A DNA stretch of 64,000 nucleotides, from assembly GCA_043804695.1 (NCBI GenBank), contig JAZDIV010000106.1:344-64343 (forward strand). Reading direction: 5' to 3'. The stretch is from PVC group bacterium (GTDB taxonomy: Bacteria > Auribacterota > Erginobacteria > Erginobacterales > Erginobacteraceae). Shown here piece by piece: positions 17,958-27,693 of this stretch (its first letter is position 1; the number at the start of each line of letters is the position of its first letter). A program made the translations under genes and the position numbers. The notes under the pieces are model-generated. The model saw nothing but the letters and a program-made list of their open reading frames with translations. It searched no databases and was not told where the DNA came from.

Positions 17958-19118
17958 ATGACCCGTCATAAGATAAAAATTTTCGTTCTCGGCACCCGGG
18001 GCTTCCCTGATGTGCCGGGCGGGGTGGAGAAACACTGCGAACAACTCTATCCCCGCCTCATTGAACTGGGCTGTGATGTCACCGTCATCACCCGTTCTTC
18101 CTATATCCCCCCCGAACGACGGGTAAAGCAATGGAAGGGGGTCAAATTCATCTATCTCTGGTCGCTTAAAAATAAATACCTGGAAGCGATCGTTCACACA
18201 TTCCTGGGCATCTTTATCGCCCGTTTTCATTCCCCCGACATCCTGCACTTTCACGCGATCGGGCCGTCCATCCTCGCGCCCCTGGCAAAGGCATTGGGAT
18301 TGAAGGTGGTGGTTACAGACCACGGCCCCGATTATCTCCGTCAGAAATGGGGTAAACTCTCCCGGAGGATACTGATCCTGTCCGAGCGAATGGCGGTCGA
18401 ATTCGCTGATGAGATGATCGTGATCTCCTCGGGAATCAGGGAACTGATCGAGAGGAAGTATGGTCGGAAGGACATCCGGCTGATCCCGAACGGCGTCACT
18501 TTGCCCGAGCGCATCGCGCCCGGCGAAATGCTGGAAAGATTCGGGCTAAAACCGGGCCGGTATGCCATGGCCGCCTGCCGGTTTGTCCCCGAGAAAGGAC
18601 TGCTTGACCTGATCGCTGCCTATAAGAAGCTCCCGGACCCCGGCTTCCAGCTGGTGCTGGCCGGCGGGGCGGACCACGAGAATGACTGCAGCCGGGCCGT
18701 GAAAGCCGCCGCCCGCCGGGATGAAAGAATCGTACTTCCCGGCTTCATCTCCGGACACCCTTTGCAGGAACTCTTTTCCAACGCCGGTCTTTTTGTTCTT
18801 CCCTCCTATTACGAAGGGTTGCCGATAGCCCTCCTGGAGGCGATCAGCTATGGGTTGCCCGTTCTGGTCAGCGATATCCAGCCCAACCGGGAAGTGCCTC
18901 TGCCGGCCGGGAGGTATTTCCCGGTAGGCGATGTTGGGCGCCTGGCCGAGCAGATGGAGAGGCTTTTCAGACTGGGCATTACGGAAGATGAAAAGAAGAG
19001 CCAGAGAGAACTCCTGGAACGGCTTTACAACTGGGACCGGATCTCCGAAGAAACCGGGAACGTGTATAGAAATGTTCTGTTCGGCGAAGGTCCCGATACT
19101 CTACTTTTTCATGAATAA
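17958..19118 (+). CDS. glycosyltransferase family 4 (GT-B; DUF1972-type N-terminus)
   Basis: FVLGTRGFPDVPGGVEKH at the N-terminus. C-terminal EX7E region PSYYEGLPIALLEAISYGLPVLVSD. Confidence 0.85.
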   Translation: MTRHKIKIFVLGTRGFPDVPGGVEKHCEQLYPRLIELGCDVTVITRSSYIPPERRVKQWKGVKFIYLWSLKNKYLEAIVHTFLGIFIARFHSPDILHFHAIGPSILAPLAKALGLKVVVTDHGPDYLRQKWGKLSRRILILSERMAVEFADEMIVISSGIRELIERKYGRKDIRLIPNGVTLPERIAPGEMLERFGLKPGRYAMAACRFVPEKGLLDLIAAYKKLPDPGFQLVLAGGADHENDCSRAVKAAARRDERIVLPGFISGHPLQELFSNAGLFVLPSYYEGLPIALLEAISYGLPVLVSDIQPNREVPLPAGRYFPVGDVGRLAEQMERLFRLGITEDEKKSQRELLERLYNWDRISEETGNVYRNVLFGEGPDTLLFHE

Positions 19119-19124
19119 TCCGGG

Positions 19125-19197
19125 TTAATCAACAGCTCCCCGACTGAATCAGTCGGGGGGCACACATAAAGTAGCGAGCGAAGCAAGCTAATTTATA
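19125..19197 (+). repeat. bipartite intergenic repeat, copy 2
   Basis: TTAATCAACAGCTCCCCGACTGAATCAGTCGGGGGGCACACATAAAGTAGCGAGCGAAGCAAGCTAATTTAT. Confidence 0.75.
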
Positions 19198-19210
19198 AGG
19201 AGAGTATAAA

Positions 19211-20158
19211 ATGGCTCAAGAGATTGATTTGAGAGCGTTGATAAAGCTGATCATCAGGCGAAAGAAGATAATTGTCGGCGGTACGCTGGGTTGCGTCATT
19301 CTGGCCTTCGCGGTTAGTTTTATAATCCCCGAGGCCTATGAATCGTCATTGATCCTGGAAGTGGGAAGGATTTATCTGTCCTCGCAAGCCTGGAAGCAGG
19401 AGCTGCAATTCATCGAGGAGCCGGAAGCGACGGCTGAAGTGATGGAAAGCTTCGGAATTCTGGACGAGGTCCGTCGAAAGCTGCGATTGGATGTGACATT
19501 AAAATCGCTGGGAAAACAGCTGGAGGTCAACACTTTTGTCAAGGACAAGGAGTACCTGCCCGTCCTGGAGATCATCTCCGAAGGCGAATCGCCGCAGCAG
19601 GCGGTCGATATTCTCAACACGCTGGCCGCGATGGTCATAGCCAGGCACACCGATAAATACCAGGTGTACCGGAAAGGCCTGGAGGAGAGAATAAAGTACA
19701 ATCAAGAGAAGATAGCGGCGTTTAAGAAAATAATCTCCGCTCAGGAAAAATACCGCGATCTCTCCCAGCAATATATAGATCAAGGCCAGATCAGTGCCGA
19801 TGAATTCGTAAAAGAACTGGGTAAGCTGGATTCTTCCTCCCCGTCCGCCGTGGATATGCTCTATCTCCAGGGTTCCGTTTTAACGGAAAAGCAGCAAGTC
19901 AGGGACCTGACCCGGTTCAAGGCGGAGATGGATATGCGGATCGGCCAGAACCAGAAGGAGATGGCGGATGCCGAGATCGACATTGTCGAACTGCAGAGCC
20001 GGTTGGAACTCTCGTCGCCCACCCGGATAATCTCCCCGGCGGTGCCGATAGACAAACCAGTGAAACCAAACCGGCCTCTCATCGTCCTGCTCGCCGCCGT
20101 CATCGGATTCGCTTTGATGATCCTGATAGTTGCCGGCCGGCAATACCTGCAAGAGTGA
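19211..20158 (+). CDS. Wzz-like polysaccharide chain-length determinant (no kinase domain)
   Basis: N-terminal Wzz pattern (LRALIKLIIRRKKIIVGGTLGCVILAFAVSFIIPEAYES), long coiled-coil middle and a C-terminal TM (PLIVLLAAVIGFALMILIV). Confidence 0.7.
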   Translation: MAQEIDLRALIKLIIRRKKIIVGGTLGCVILAFAVSFIIPEAYESSLILEVGRIYLSSQAWKQELQFIEEPEATAEVMESFGILDEVRRKLRLDVTLKSLGKQLEVNTFVKDKEYLPVLEIISEGESPQQAVDILNTLAAMVIARHTDKYQVYRKGLEERIKYNQEKIAAFKKIISAQEKYRDLSQQYIDQGQISADEFVKELGKLDSSSPSAVDMLYLQGSVLTEKQQVRDLTRFKAEMDMRIGQNQKEMADAEIDIVELQSRLELSSPTRIISPAVPIDKPVKPNRPLIVLLAAVIGFALMILIVAGRQYLQE

Positions 20159-21492
20159 AATTCCCCGGCGGTAAATTATTGTCCGGAGTCCGCGGCCGCC
20201 CTCTGGTCTGGGATACGATTACCACCACCTGGTGGGGATTAATCGGCCGGGCGGCAGGCTTCATGATCCCGTTCTTTATCGCCGCCTGGTTCGGGATCAG
20301 CGATGATACCGACGCTTTCTTCTTCTCCTACGGGGTGATCCTGTTTCTGGCCAATATCTTTGCCCCGGTTGTGGAGTACGTCATCGTGCCGTATATCGCT
20401 GAGGCGCGCCGGGCGGGGCGGGATATCGGCAGTTTGATCGGTGGTGTCCTGGGCATCAGCGGATTGGGGATAGCGATTCTGGAAGGGGCGCTGCTTTCTG
20501 TCATCAAGCCCGTTCTGGGGCTGGTAACCAGGTTTGATCAGCCGACCCTGCAGCTGGCGTATCAGCTGCTCCTGGAAACGGCACCCCTGATTATCCTCCT
20601 GGTCTGGACCGGGATCCTGAGCGGCACTCTGAACGCGTACCGTAAATTTGCCTTTCCCGCTGTTTCACCGGCTTTCCGGGCGATAGTGAATTTAGGGATC
20701 ATTTTTGCCTTTCGGAATACGCTCGGAGTGCACGCGATTGCTCTGGGATACGTGGTGGGAGAGGCCGGCCGGATGATTATCCTGCTGGGGGTTATTAAAA
20801 AACTGAAGTTGATCCGGCTCCGGTTCAGCTTCATCCCGGGTCCCGTTCTCCGGGATTTTTTTCGGAAGGCTTCTTATCAGACGGTTGCGATGATCGCGAT
20901 CTGGCTCAAACCGATAATAGACCGGGCGATGGCTTCCTGGCTGGGGGAAGGGAATGTCTCGTTACTGTATTACGCCGACCGGCTTTATATTATACCGGTT
21001 ACCTTCATCTGCTCCGGACTGATGGCCACCACCCTTTCACACTGGAGCACCCGGTTCTATGAGTCACCCCGGAGAACCCTGAAGGAGGATGTAAACCGGG
21101 GGATCAGGATCGTGGGTGTCCTGACCGTTGTGATCACGGTTTTTTTACTACTTTTTTATCGTCCGATCGCCCGGATTGCCTTTGAAAGAGGCGCTTTTGA
21201 TCCCGCCCAGGTTCCCGAAGTTCAGCGGATCTGGTTTTTCTATCTGCTGGGCCTGATTCCGTACATAATCGCCCGGATCTACTTCCAGGCCCATCTGGTT
21301 TTAATGAACACCCGGTTTCTCATGATGTATTCGTTTTGTTTAAACGGGGCGGGCATAGGGTTGAATTATCTATTAATGAAGCGGTTCGGTGTCGCCGGAA
21401 TAGCCCTGGCGACGACGGTAAGTTACCTGTTCGCCGCCATCGGGCTGGGCTTTTATTTCTACCGAAAGCTGACATTTTCCCCTGATCAATAA
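20155..21492 (+). CDS. MOP-superfamily flippase (MurJ/MviN/Wzx-like)
   Basis: Polytopic protein. N-terminal pattern GRAAGFMIPFFIAAWFGISDDTDAFFFSYGVILFLANIFAPVVEYVIVPYIAE resembles MurJ. GTGA overlap with the Wzz-like gene. Confidence 0.75.
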   Translation: MKFPGGKLLSGVRGRPLVWDTITTTWWGLIGRAAGFMIPFFIAAWFGISDDTDAFFFSYGVILFLANIFAPVVEYVIVPYIAEARRAGRDIGSLIGGVLGISGLGIAILEGALLSVIKPVLGLVTRFDQPTLQLAYQLLLETAPLIILLVWTGILSGTLNAYRKFAFPAVSPAFRAIVNLGIIFAFRNTLGVHAIALGYVVGEAGRMIILLGVIKKLKLIRLRFSFIPGPVLRDFFRKASYQTVAMIAIWLKPIIDRAMASWLGEGNVSLLYYADRLYIIPVTFICSGLMATTLSHWSTRFYESPRRTLKEDVNRGIRIVGVLTVVITVFLLLFYRPIARIAFERGAFDPAQVPEVQRIWFFYLLGLIPYIIARIYFQAHLVLMNTRFLMMYSFCLNGAGIGLNYLLMKRFGVAGIALATTVSYLFAAIGLGFYFYRKLTFSPDQ

Positions 21493-21535
21493 ATGATTAC
21501 ACCACTATCCACGCCATCTCTGGCATTGTTTATAA

Positions 21536-21585
21536 TTAACCCGATTTATGACTGCCTGCCGACAGGCAGTCATAAATCGGGTTAA
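21536..21585. repeat. perfect 23-bp-stem hairpin (4-nt loop)
   Basis: TTAACCCGATTTATGACTGCCTG-ccga-CAGGCAGTCATAAATCGGGTTAA, between the flippase and the B12-radical SAM gene. Confidence 0.9.
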
Positions 21586-21601
21586 TGGAGAGCGAGAGTC
21601 T

Positions 21602-23095
21602 ATGGCCGACGTTGTTTTAGTGAAATTGGAGCCGGGCCGTGAAATGCAGGGGTTGCCCCCCCCGTTTGGAATCCTGTATGTAGCCGACTCCCTGGAGAAA
21701 GCGGGGGTCACGGTGAAACTAGTCCACTCCCCCGGGACCAGAACGGCTATTGCCAGGCTGATCGAGGAAGTAACGCGGGAAAAACCGCTCTGGGTGGGGT
21801 TTTCAAATTTCACCACCTCCCCGCTCGGCCTGACCAAGAAGGCTTCGATTGAGATTAAAAAGAAGTTGGATATTCCGATCGTTTGGGGAGGGATTCATTC
21901 CACCATTTTCCCCCGGCAGACCCTGCAGCACGATTTTGTGGACATAGTAAGCCTGGGAGAGGGCGAGGAGTCGGCAGTGGAATTAACCGAGCTTCTCGCC
22001 CGGTCCGGACCGTCTTCCCGGGACTTGGCCAAGATTCGGGGGATAGGTTTCAAGGATAAGGGTGAGGCGATCATCAACGACCTCCGGCCCTTTATTAAGG
22101 ACCTGGATAAATATTCGCCCGCCTGGCGCCTTCTGAACATTGAGAATTATATTTTCGGCCGGCAGCATTTTTATACTCAGATCGGTTCTAGAATTAAGGG
22201 CGATAAAATAGCCGCCCTGATTACCAGCCGCGGCTGTCCTTTCCGTTGCGGGTACTGTTACAACCTGGCGGTCAACCGGAGAACCTTCCGGGCCCAATCC
22301 GTGGATAAAGTGGTGAAGGAGGTGGAATATCTGAAGTCGTTCGGGGTTTCCGCGCTGATTTTTGAAGATGACAACTTCTTTGCCGACCGGAACCGGGGAT
22401 TGGCAATAATCCGGAAGATCGGCCTCCCTTGGTCATGTTCCATCCGGGCGGATTATATCGCCGATGGAGGGGATGATTTTTTAAGTGAACTGAGGGCGCA
22501 TCACTGTTTCGAACTACGGATCGGAGTCGAGTCCGGTTCCCAGAGAGTTCTGGATTTGATGACTAAGGATATCACCGTTGAACAGATCAAAAAGGCGGTC
22601 TCGCTTTGCTCGAAGTATAAAATAAGGGCGCTGTTGAATTTTATGGCGGGGATTCCGGGCGAGACCTGGTTGGATGTCTGCCAGACCCTGGACTTTATCG
22701 ATGAACTGGAAAGGGCCGGCGAATACGTGACGGTGTCTTCCGTAGGGATCTTTGCCCCCTGGCCGGGCACTTCTCTCAGCAAGATGGCCGTCCAGAAAGG
22801 ATTCCATCCCCCGAAGACCCTGGAAGGCTGGTCCCGTTACTGGGCCCAGCGGGCGAAGCTTCCACCCTATGCGGACCGGAGAATCAAGTTTATCGGATTC
22901 TACCGGTGTTTGATCAGGAAAGATTTTACGGGCTTGTCTTTCCCCTTCCTGGCCGGATTGCTTCGGCGGATAGCTCTTATACGATGGAAGCGGAGATACT
23001 TCCGCTGGCCGATCGATTATTATATTCCCGCTTTTTTTCTCAGATTCTTAAGAAAAATAGGGCTCTCGAAAATCTCCCGGGCGTTATATGAATAA
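21602..23095 (+). CDS. B12-binding-domain radical SAM enzyme (class B)
   Basis: N-terminal cobalamin-binding-type Rossmann segment (VVLVKLEP...GILYVADSLEKAGVTVKLV...GGIHSTIFP). ITSRGCPFRCGYCYN. Start set at ATG 21602, beyond the hairpin; the ORF is open from 21548. Confidence 0.85.
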   Translation: MADVVLVKLEPGREMQGLPPPFGILYVADSLEKAGVTVKLVHSPGTRTAIARLIEEVTREKPLWVGFSNFTTSPLGLTKKASIEIKKKLDIPIVWGGIHSTIFPRQTLQHDFVDIVSLGEGEESAVELTELLARSGPSSRDLAKIRGIGFKDKGEAIINDLRPFIKDLDKYSPAWRLLNIENYIFGRQHFYTQIGSRIKGDKIAALITSRGCPFRCGYCYNLAVNRRTFRAQSVDKVVKEVEYLKSFGVSALIFEDDNFFADRNRGLAIIRKIGLPWSCSIRADYIADGGDDFLSELRAHHCFELRIGVESGSQRVLDLMTKDITVEQIKKAVSLCSKYKIRALLNFMAGIPGETWLDVCQTLDFIDELERAGEYVTVSSVGIFAPWPGTSLSKMAVQKGFHPPKTLEGWSRYWAQRAKLPPYADRRIKFIGFYRCLIRKDFTGLSFPFLAGLLRRIALIRWKRRYFRWPIDYYIPAFFLRFLRKIGLSKISRALYE

Positions 23096-25028
23096 GACGA
23101 TATCTTGCAAAGGCTTATGTGCTCACCTGAAAGCAGGCACGTATTGCGGTATCGGCGTCGGTTTCATATTCGCCTTTCTGGAATCCGTTTATTTACTTTT
23201 TTCAGTCGGTAACTTTCTGGTGGATATGCTTTTTTTCGGCCAGGCCGTTTTAATTTACGGTATTGCGGGAGGGCTCGGGGGATTTATGGCTTCCGCGTTA
23301 TTATATGGCTTAATCTTCAGAAAAACCATCTTGACAGGAAATAGAATAGTCGCCGTTTACACCTCGTTTTTTATAGGGACGGGAATTTTTGCCGAACTGT
23401 TTTTTTATCTGATGGATATTTACCCCTTCGGGGGGCCGAACAAGTGGTCGTTGCGGACGCTGTCTCTGGTCGCCGCCGCCGGTCTCCTTTCTGCGGTCGT
23501 GGCCAGGGTTGTTTACCGGGCGCTGGGAAAGATTCTGCGCCGGACTGACTGGCGTATTTTCAGGAAGTGGCCGGGACTTTCCGGAGTCGTAACCCTGCTG
23601 GCGGTTTTCCTCCTCGGTTTCTCGATTTTCGGGGTCTTGAGAATGTTGGAGGATAAGGAAGAGAGGAAGATAATCGCTGCCAAAAAGGCCGTGCTAAGCG
23701 GTCCATTCCCCAATGTAATTATCATTTTGGTGGACGCTTTGCGGCCCGACCACCTATCCTGCAACGGTTATTTTCTCCCGACTTCTCCCAACATAGACGC
23801 CATGGCTGCCGGGGGAGTCTTGTTTAAATCGGCGCTGGCCGCCTCCTCCTGGTCGCTCCCCACCCATGCGTCGTTGTTTACCGGACTATATCCATCGAGC
23901 CACGGCGCCTATTCTTTCTTTTCAGTTCTGGGAGACGAAATACCCACTCTAGCCGGGATTCTATCGGAAAATGGCTACTATGCCTTGAGCCTTTATGACA
24001 ATCCTCTTTTGAAAATAGCGGGATTAAATAAGGGTTTTGATCTGGCAGCGGGAGTAGTGATTGATCGCAGGGTTTCTTTCACCTTGATGAGGATTTATCA
24101 GAAATTCGTAAAAAAGGATTCACCGGCGAACCAGATATTGGAATTAGCCGGGAAATGGGTTGAACACTCTGCCCGGCTTGAGGTGCCCTGTTTTATTTTT
24201 ATGAATTTGTTCGATGTCCACGCTCCCTATACTCCCAAGGAGCCGTATTTCTCGGAGTTCACTAAGTCGGTGAACATTGATCAGGTGAACATGCCTCTGA
24301 TCCGGAAGTTGAACAGTGTCTCAGTGAAAATCAAGGACAAGCTGGATGTGCTGTCTGAATTGACCGAAACGGATCGGTCTTATTTGCTGCGGTTGTATGA
24401 CAGCAATATCAGCTATGAAGATAAGCTGATGGGGAATTTATTGAGGTTGTTAAAAAACACAGGTCGATATGATAATACGCTTGTGATTGTGACCGCCGAT
24501 CATGGGGAATATCTGGGAGAGCATCATTGTCTGGGGCACTTCGTCAAGAAAATGTACAATCCCGGCCTAAAAATTCCCCTGATCATCAATTTCCCCGAAA
24601 AGGTGAAACCCGGAATCAGGGAGGGCTATGTCTCCCAGGTAGATATTTTCCCGACCGTACTGTCTCTCATCGGTCTTAAGAATCGTATTCCCCCCGAAGT
24701 TCAGGGGGTTGATCTTTTTTCTGAAAAGGAATCAAGAGATGTCATCGCGGAATTCTGGGACGATAACGGCAATGAATTTACCCGGGCTATTATATCCGAT
24801 AATATGAAGCTTATCGTTGACGAGCATGAACATAATCAGTTGTATGACTTAGAACGTGATCCGGGCGAAGAAAACAATCTTGTCTCCGTTTTCCCCGGAA
24901 AAGCGGAACAATTGCGTGAGAACCTGAAGGCCCGGCTCGGCTCTTTTATCAAGCATGAAAGCAAGATCAGTGAGAGGAACAGGACAGAACGCAACAAATT
25001 ACTGGAAAGCCTGAGTTATATAAATTGA
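23088..25028 (+). CDS. membrane-anchored sulfatase-fold (alkaline-phosphatase superfamily) protein, LtaS/EptA-like architecture
   Basis: About five N-terminal TM helices, then NVIIILVDALRPDHL...SPNIDAMAAGGVLF...SWSLPTHASLFTGLYPSSHG...VTADHGEYLGEHH. The Cys position of the CxPxR motif is Ser and the Arg is His (SLPTH, 23853-23867). Confidence 0.85.
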   Translation: MNKTISCKGLCAHLKAGTYCGIGVGFIFAFLESVYLLFSVGNFLVDMLFFGQAVLIYGIAGGLGGFMASALLYGLIFRKTILTGNRIVAVYTSFFIGTGIFAELFFYLMDIYPFGGPNKWSLRTLSLVAAAGLLSAVVARVVYRALGKILRRTDWRIFRKWPGLSGVVTLLAVFLLGFSIFGVLRMLEDKEERKIIAAKKAVLSGPFPNVIIILVDALRPDHLSCNGYFLPTSPNIDAMAAGGVLFKSALAASSWSLPTHASLFTGLYPSSHGAYSFFSVLGDEIPTLAGILSENGYYALSLYDNPLLKIAGLNKGFDLAAGVVIDRRVSFTLMRIYQKFVKKDSPANQILELAGKWVEHSARLEVPCFIFMNLFDVHAPYTPKEPYFSEFTKSVNIDQVNMPLIRKLNSVSVKIKDKLDVLSELTETDRSYLLRLYDSNISYEDKLMGNLLRLLKNTGRYDNTLVIVTADHGEYLGEHHCLGHFVKKMYNPGLKIPLIINFPEKVKPGIREGYVSQVDIFPTVLSLIGLKNRIPPEVQGVDLFSEKESRDVIAEFWDDNGNEFTRAIISDNMKLIVDEHEHNQLYDLERDPGEENNLVSVFPGKAEQLRENLKARLGSFIKHESKISERNRTERNKLLESLSYIN

Positions 25029-25075
25029 TTCTTATTATTAATCCGACCGTTGTAGTATTTACAACAAGGATTGCA

Positions 25076-25154
25076 GTCATTGCGAGCGCAGCGAAGCAAT
25101 CTCTTGCTGTGCATAGAGTTGAGATTGCTTCGTCGCTTCGCTCCTCGCAATGAC
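25076..25154. repeat. REP-like palindromic element, family GTCATTGCGAG...CGCAATGAC, copy 1
   Basis: GTCATTGCGAGCGCAGCGAAGCAATCTC...GAGATTGCTTCGTCGCTTCGCTCCTCGCAATGAC. Confidence 0.85.
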
Positions 25155-25205
25155 ATGTCCATACAATTATGGACTGACTAATAACTCGAAGGAAAAATAA
25201 GATTA

Positions 25206-26486
25206 TTGAAATTCCGAAACAATAAATTAATCGTTTTAATAATACTTCTGGCGCTCGTATTAAGGCTGATTTACTGCCTGGTGATTTTCCCTCCTTTGCT
25301 CCAAAAGAAAGGGGAAGAACTGGGATGGGTGATCGACGGGAAGCTGGCGGTAGACCCGTATCCGGCCATCGCCCTAAACCTCCTGGCGGGGAAGGGATAT
25401 ATTGACGATAGCTCCCGGGTTAATCTGGAAAGACTGCCGCTATATACTTATTTCCTGGTCTTGATTTACAAATTCTGGGGGTCTGAGCTCTGGAAGCTCC
25501 AGGTGGTTCAATCCACAATGGATACCATTTCCTGTCTCCTGCTCTATTTTATTTCGTTGAGAACTTTTCAGGATCGGGCCTCTGCCTTGTTGGCCGCTTT
25601 TTTGTATGCCGTCTATTTCAAGGTAATAGCTCTCGTGGCCCGGCCGTTCAGCGAGCCTTTATACATAGTGCTGTTGTTAATATTTCTATATTTATTCATC
25701 CGGTCATTTGACAGAACTGCCTTCGCCCTGGGAGCAGGTGTGATGCTGGGGATGATGACACTGACCAAACCGATAACCCTGATGTTTCCGCTGGTGACCG
25801 GAGCGCTCTATATTTTCCGATTGAAGAGACTGTTTGTTTCCCGATTGCTCCTGTTCACGGCTGGATTTGTTTTTCTGGTTATGCCTCTGGTCATCAGAAA
25901 CTATTGCTTGACGGGAAGGGTTTTTCTGGCCACCGGCGGGAAAAAAATGCTGTATATGGGGACCGTCTTGAATTGCCGCCAAAATTTCCGCGGCGAGGAA
26001 GGGAGGCTGGTAAAAGAGATAAACCGCGATTATGCGTTTCCCTATAATATCGGGGATGACGATTTATTGGGAAGACTGGCGGTAGAAAAGATCGTCTCCG
26101 ATCCCGGAGCGTATCTCCAGCGGATGGCCTGCCGGCTATATTTATTCTGGGCTTACCCTGATTACTCAACCAAGAGGATGGCCGCTAAGACGGTTCTGAT
26201 CCTGCTTTTCAACGTCGCCCTGATTTTATTAACCGCCGGCGGCCTCCGAATTGCCGGGAAACGGAGAATAGTGTACAGCCCCTTTCTGGCGATTATCATT
26301 TATTATTACGGCATGTATGTCCTCTCTTATGCCAACTCAAGATATTCCTTGCCGCTTTATCCCATCTTGTTCATGTTTTCTTCTTATGGGTTCTTGGCCG
26401 TGTTCAGAAAGAAAATGGCCGCTCATTATAAACGTAATAAGGAATTCCTTCACCGGCAGAAGCATCGAGGGCACTGGAATTATTAA
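25206..26486 (+). CDS. polytopic GT-C-fold glycosyltransferase (ArnT/PMT, GT39/83-like)
   Basis: About 10 TM helices. N-terminal pattern LIVLIILLALVLRLIYC...DPYPAIALNLLAGKGY is typical of PMT_2/ArnT-like enzymes. TTG start. Confidence 0.6.
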   Translation: MKFRNNKLIVLIILLALVLRLIYCLVIFPPLLQKKGEELGWVIDGKLAVDPYPAIALNLLAGKGYIDDSSRVNLERLPLYTYFLVLIYKFWGSELWKLQVVQSTMDTISCLLLYFISLRTFQDRASALLAAFLYAVYFKVIALVARPFSEPLYIVLLLIFLYLFIRSFDRTAFALGAGVMLGMMTLTKPITLMFPLVTGALYIFRLKRLFVSRLLLFTAGFVFLVMPLVIRNYCLTGRVFLATGGKKMLYMGTVLNCRQNFRGEEGRLVKEINRDYAFPYNIGDDDLLGRLAVEKIVSDPGAYLQRMACRLYLFWAYPDYSTKRMAAKTVLILLFNVALILLTAGGLRIAGKRRIVYSPFLAIIIYYYGMYVLSYANSRYSLPLYPILFMFSSYGFLAVFRKKMAAHYKRNKEFLHRQKHRGHWNY

Positions 26487-26514
26487 GGGCATCGGGTGGC
26501 GGCCGAAGCCCTGA

Positions 26515-27693
26515 GTGCAAAGATCGGCGAGATCATCAAACAGGCATCAGGAATATAAGTTTCCAATGACAATATCGGGCTATCGAAGGTTAAAAAAGAT
26601 CAGGGCTGGCAGGACTGTTTCCTCTCCTCACATGGTAGGGTGGAATTTTTTCAAGCATAATCTTGTTACAAGATTTGCCAAACCCTTTCTCCCGCGAGCG
26701 ATGTGTATCTATGTGACCTACCGGTGCAATATGCGCTGCCGGATGTGCGGAATCTGGAAACAGGATGCCCGAAAAGAATCAGAACTTTCCCTCGCGGAGT
26801 GGGATCGCGCGCTCTCTGATCCGCTCTTCTCCCACCTGGAGTTCATCAACATCAACGGGGGCGAGCCCAATCTACGGGACGATCTGCCTGATTTGGCACG
26901 TCTTTTTATCGGGAAATTCCCTCATCTCCGCGCTGTTTCCCTTAATTCTAACGGACTTCCCGCCGGCCGGGCGGCTGAGAACGCCCGGGTGATTTCAAAG
27001 ATGTGCCGGGGAAAGGGTCTCCGGTTTTCGATCAGCATCTCACTCCATAAAATCGGCCCGGGCTACGATGAGATTGCCGGGATAAAAGACGCATTTACAA
27101 AAGTGGGGGAGACTCTCGAAATTCTGAAAAAGATACAGGACGAGAACAATTTTTATTTAGGGATCAACTGCGTGATCACCAGTCTCAACGTGCCCGGAAT
27201 AGCAGAAGTGGGGAAATGGGGCGAGGACAAAGGTATCCCCGTTAATTTTACCTTGGGGGAGGTAAGGGATCGGTTTAATAACTCAGGGGTGCGAGATGTA
27301 GTCGAGGTGCAGGGCGAGAAAAAAGAAGCGGTCATTAATTTTTTTAAAGAATTAGCCCGGAACAAGTCACTTTGTAATCACCACGCTCTCCGATATCAGG
27401 AACTGGCGGAGATGCTGGAGCGGGGGAAAGAGCGCCGGCTCGCCTGTCACTACGCGATGGGCGGGGTGATCGCGGGATGGGACGGCTCGTTATTTTATTG
27501 CAAGGACAGCAAAACGATCGGGAACTGCCGGAAAAATTCGGCGTTTTCGATTTATTCTGACCGGCTGAATCAGGACTATCGGAACCAGCGGATCCTTCAG
27601 GAAAAATGCCGCCATTGCCCTCCCAATACCTTCAACCGACTCGAGCTGGAGAAAGACATCGCCCGTTACCTCTGGTTTTTGCTCCGGCCATGA
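26515..27693 (+). CDS. radical SAM enzyme with Cys-rich C-terminus (paralogue of 16955)
   Basis: CNMRCRMC gives Cx3Cx2C at 26725-26748. NINGGEPNL. C-terminal CHYAMGG...FYCKDS...CRHCPPN. Start uncertain (GTG 26515 or ATG 26566). Confidence 0.8.
   Translation: MQRSARSSNRHQEYKFPMTISGYRRLKKIRAGRTVSSPHMVGWNFFKHNLVTRFAKPFLPRAMCIYVTYRCNMRCRMCGIWKQDARKESELSLAEWDRALSDPLFSHLEFININGGEPNLRDDLPDLARLFIGKFPHLRAVSLNSNGLPAGRAAENARVISKMCRGKGLRFSISISLHKIGPGYDEIAGIKDAFTKVGETLEILKKIQDENNFYLGINCVITSLNVPGIAEVGKWGEDKGIPVNFTLGEVRDRFNNSGVRDVVEVQGEKKEAVINFFKELARNKSLCNHHALRYQELAEMLERGKERRLACHYAMGGVIAGWDGSLFYCKDSKTIGNCRKNSAFSIYSDRLNQDYRNQRILQEKCRHCPPNTFNRLELEKDIARYLWFLLRP

Noticed and set aside
16955-27693. The two small SPASM-like radical SAM enzymes as anaerobic sulfatase-maturating enzymes (anSME) for the nearby sulfatase-fold proteins
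   Set aside because: All three sulfatase-fold proteins lack the C/S-x-P-x-R recognition motif (no Arg, and two have Thr at the nucleophile position). No formylglycine substrate is evident, so the adjacency is probably coincidental within the glycan locus.
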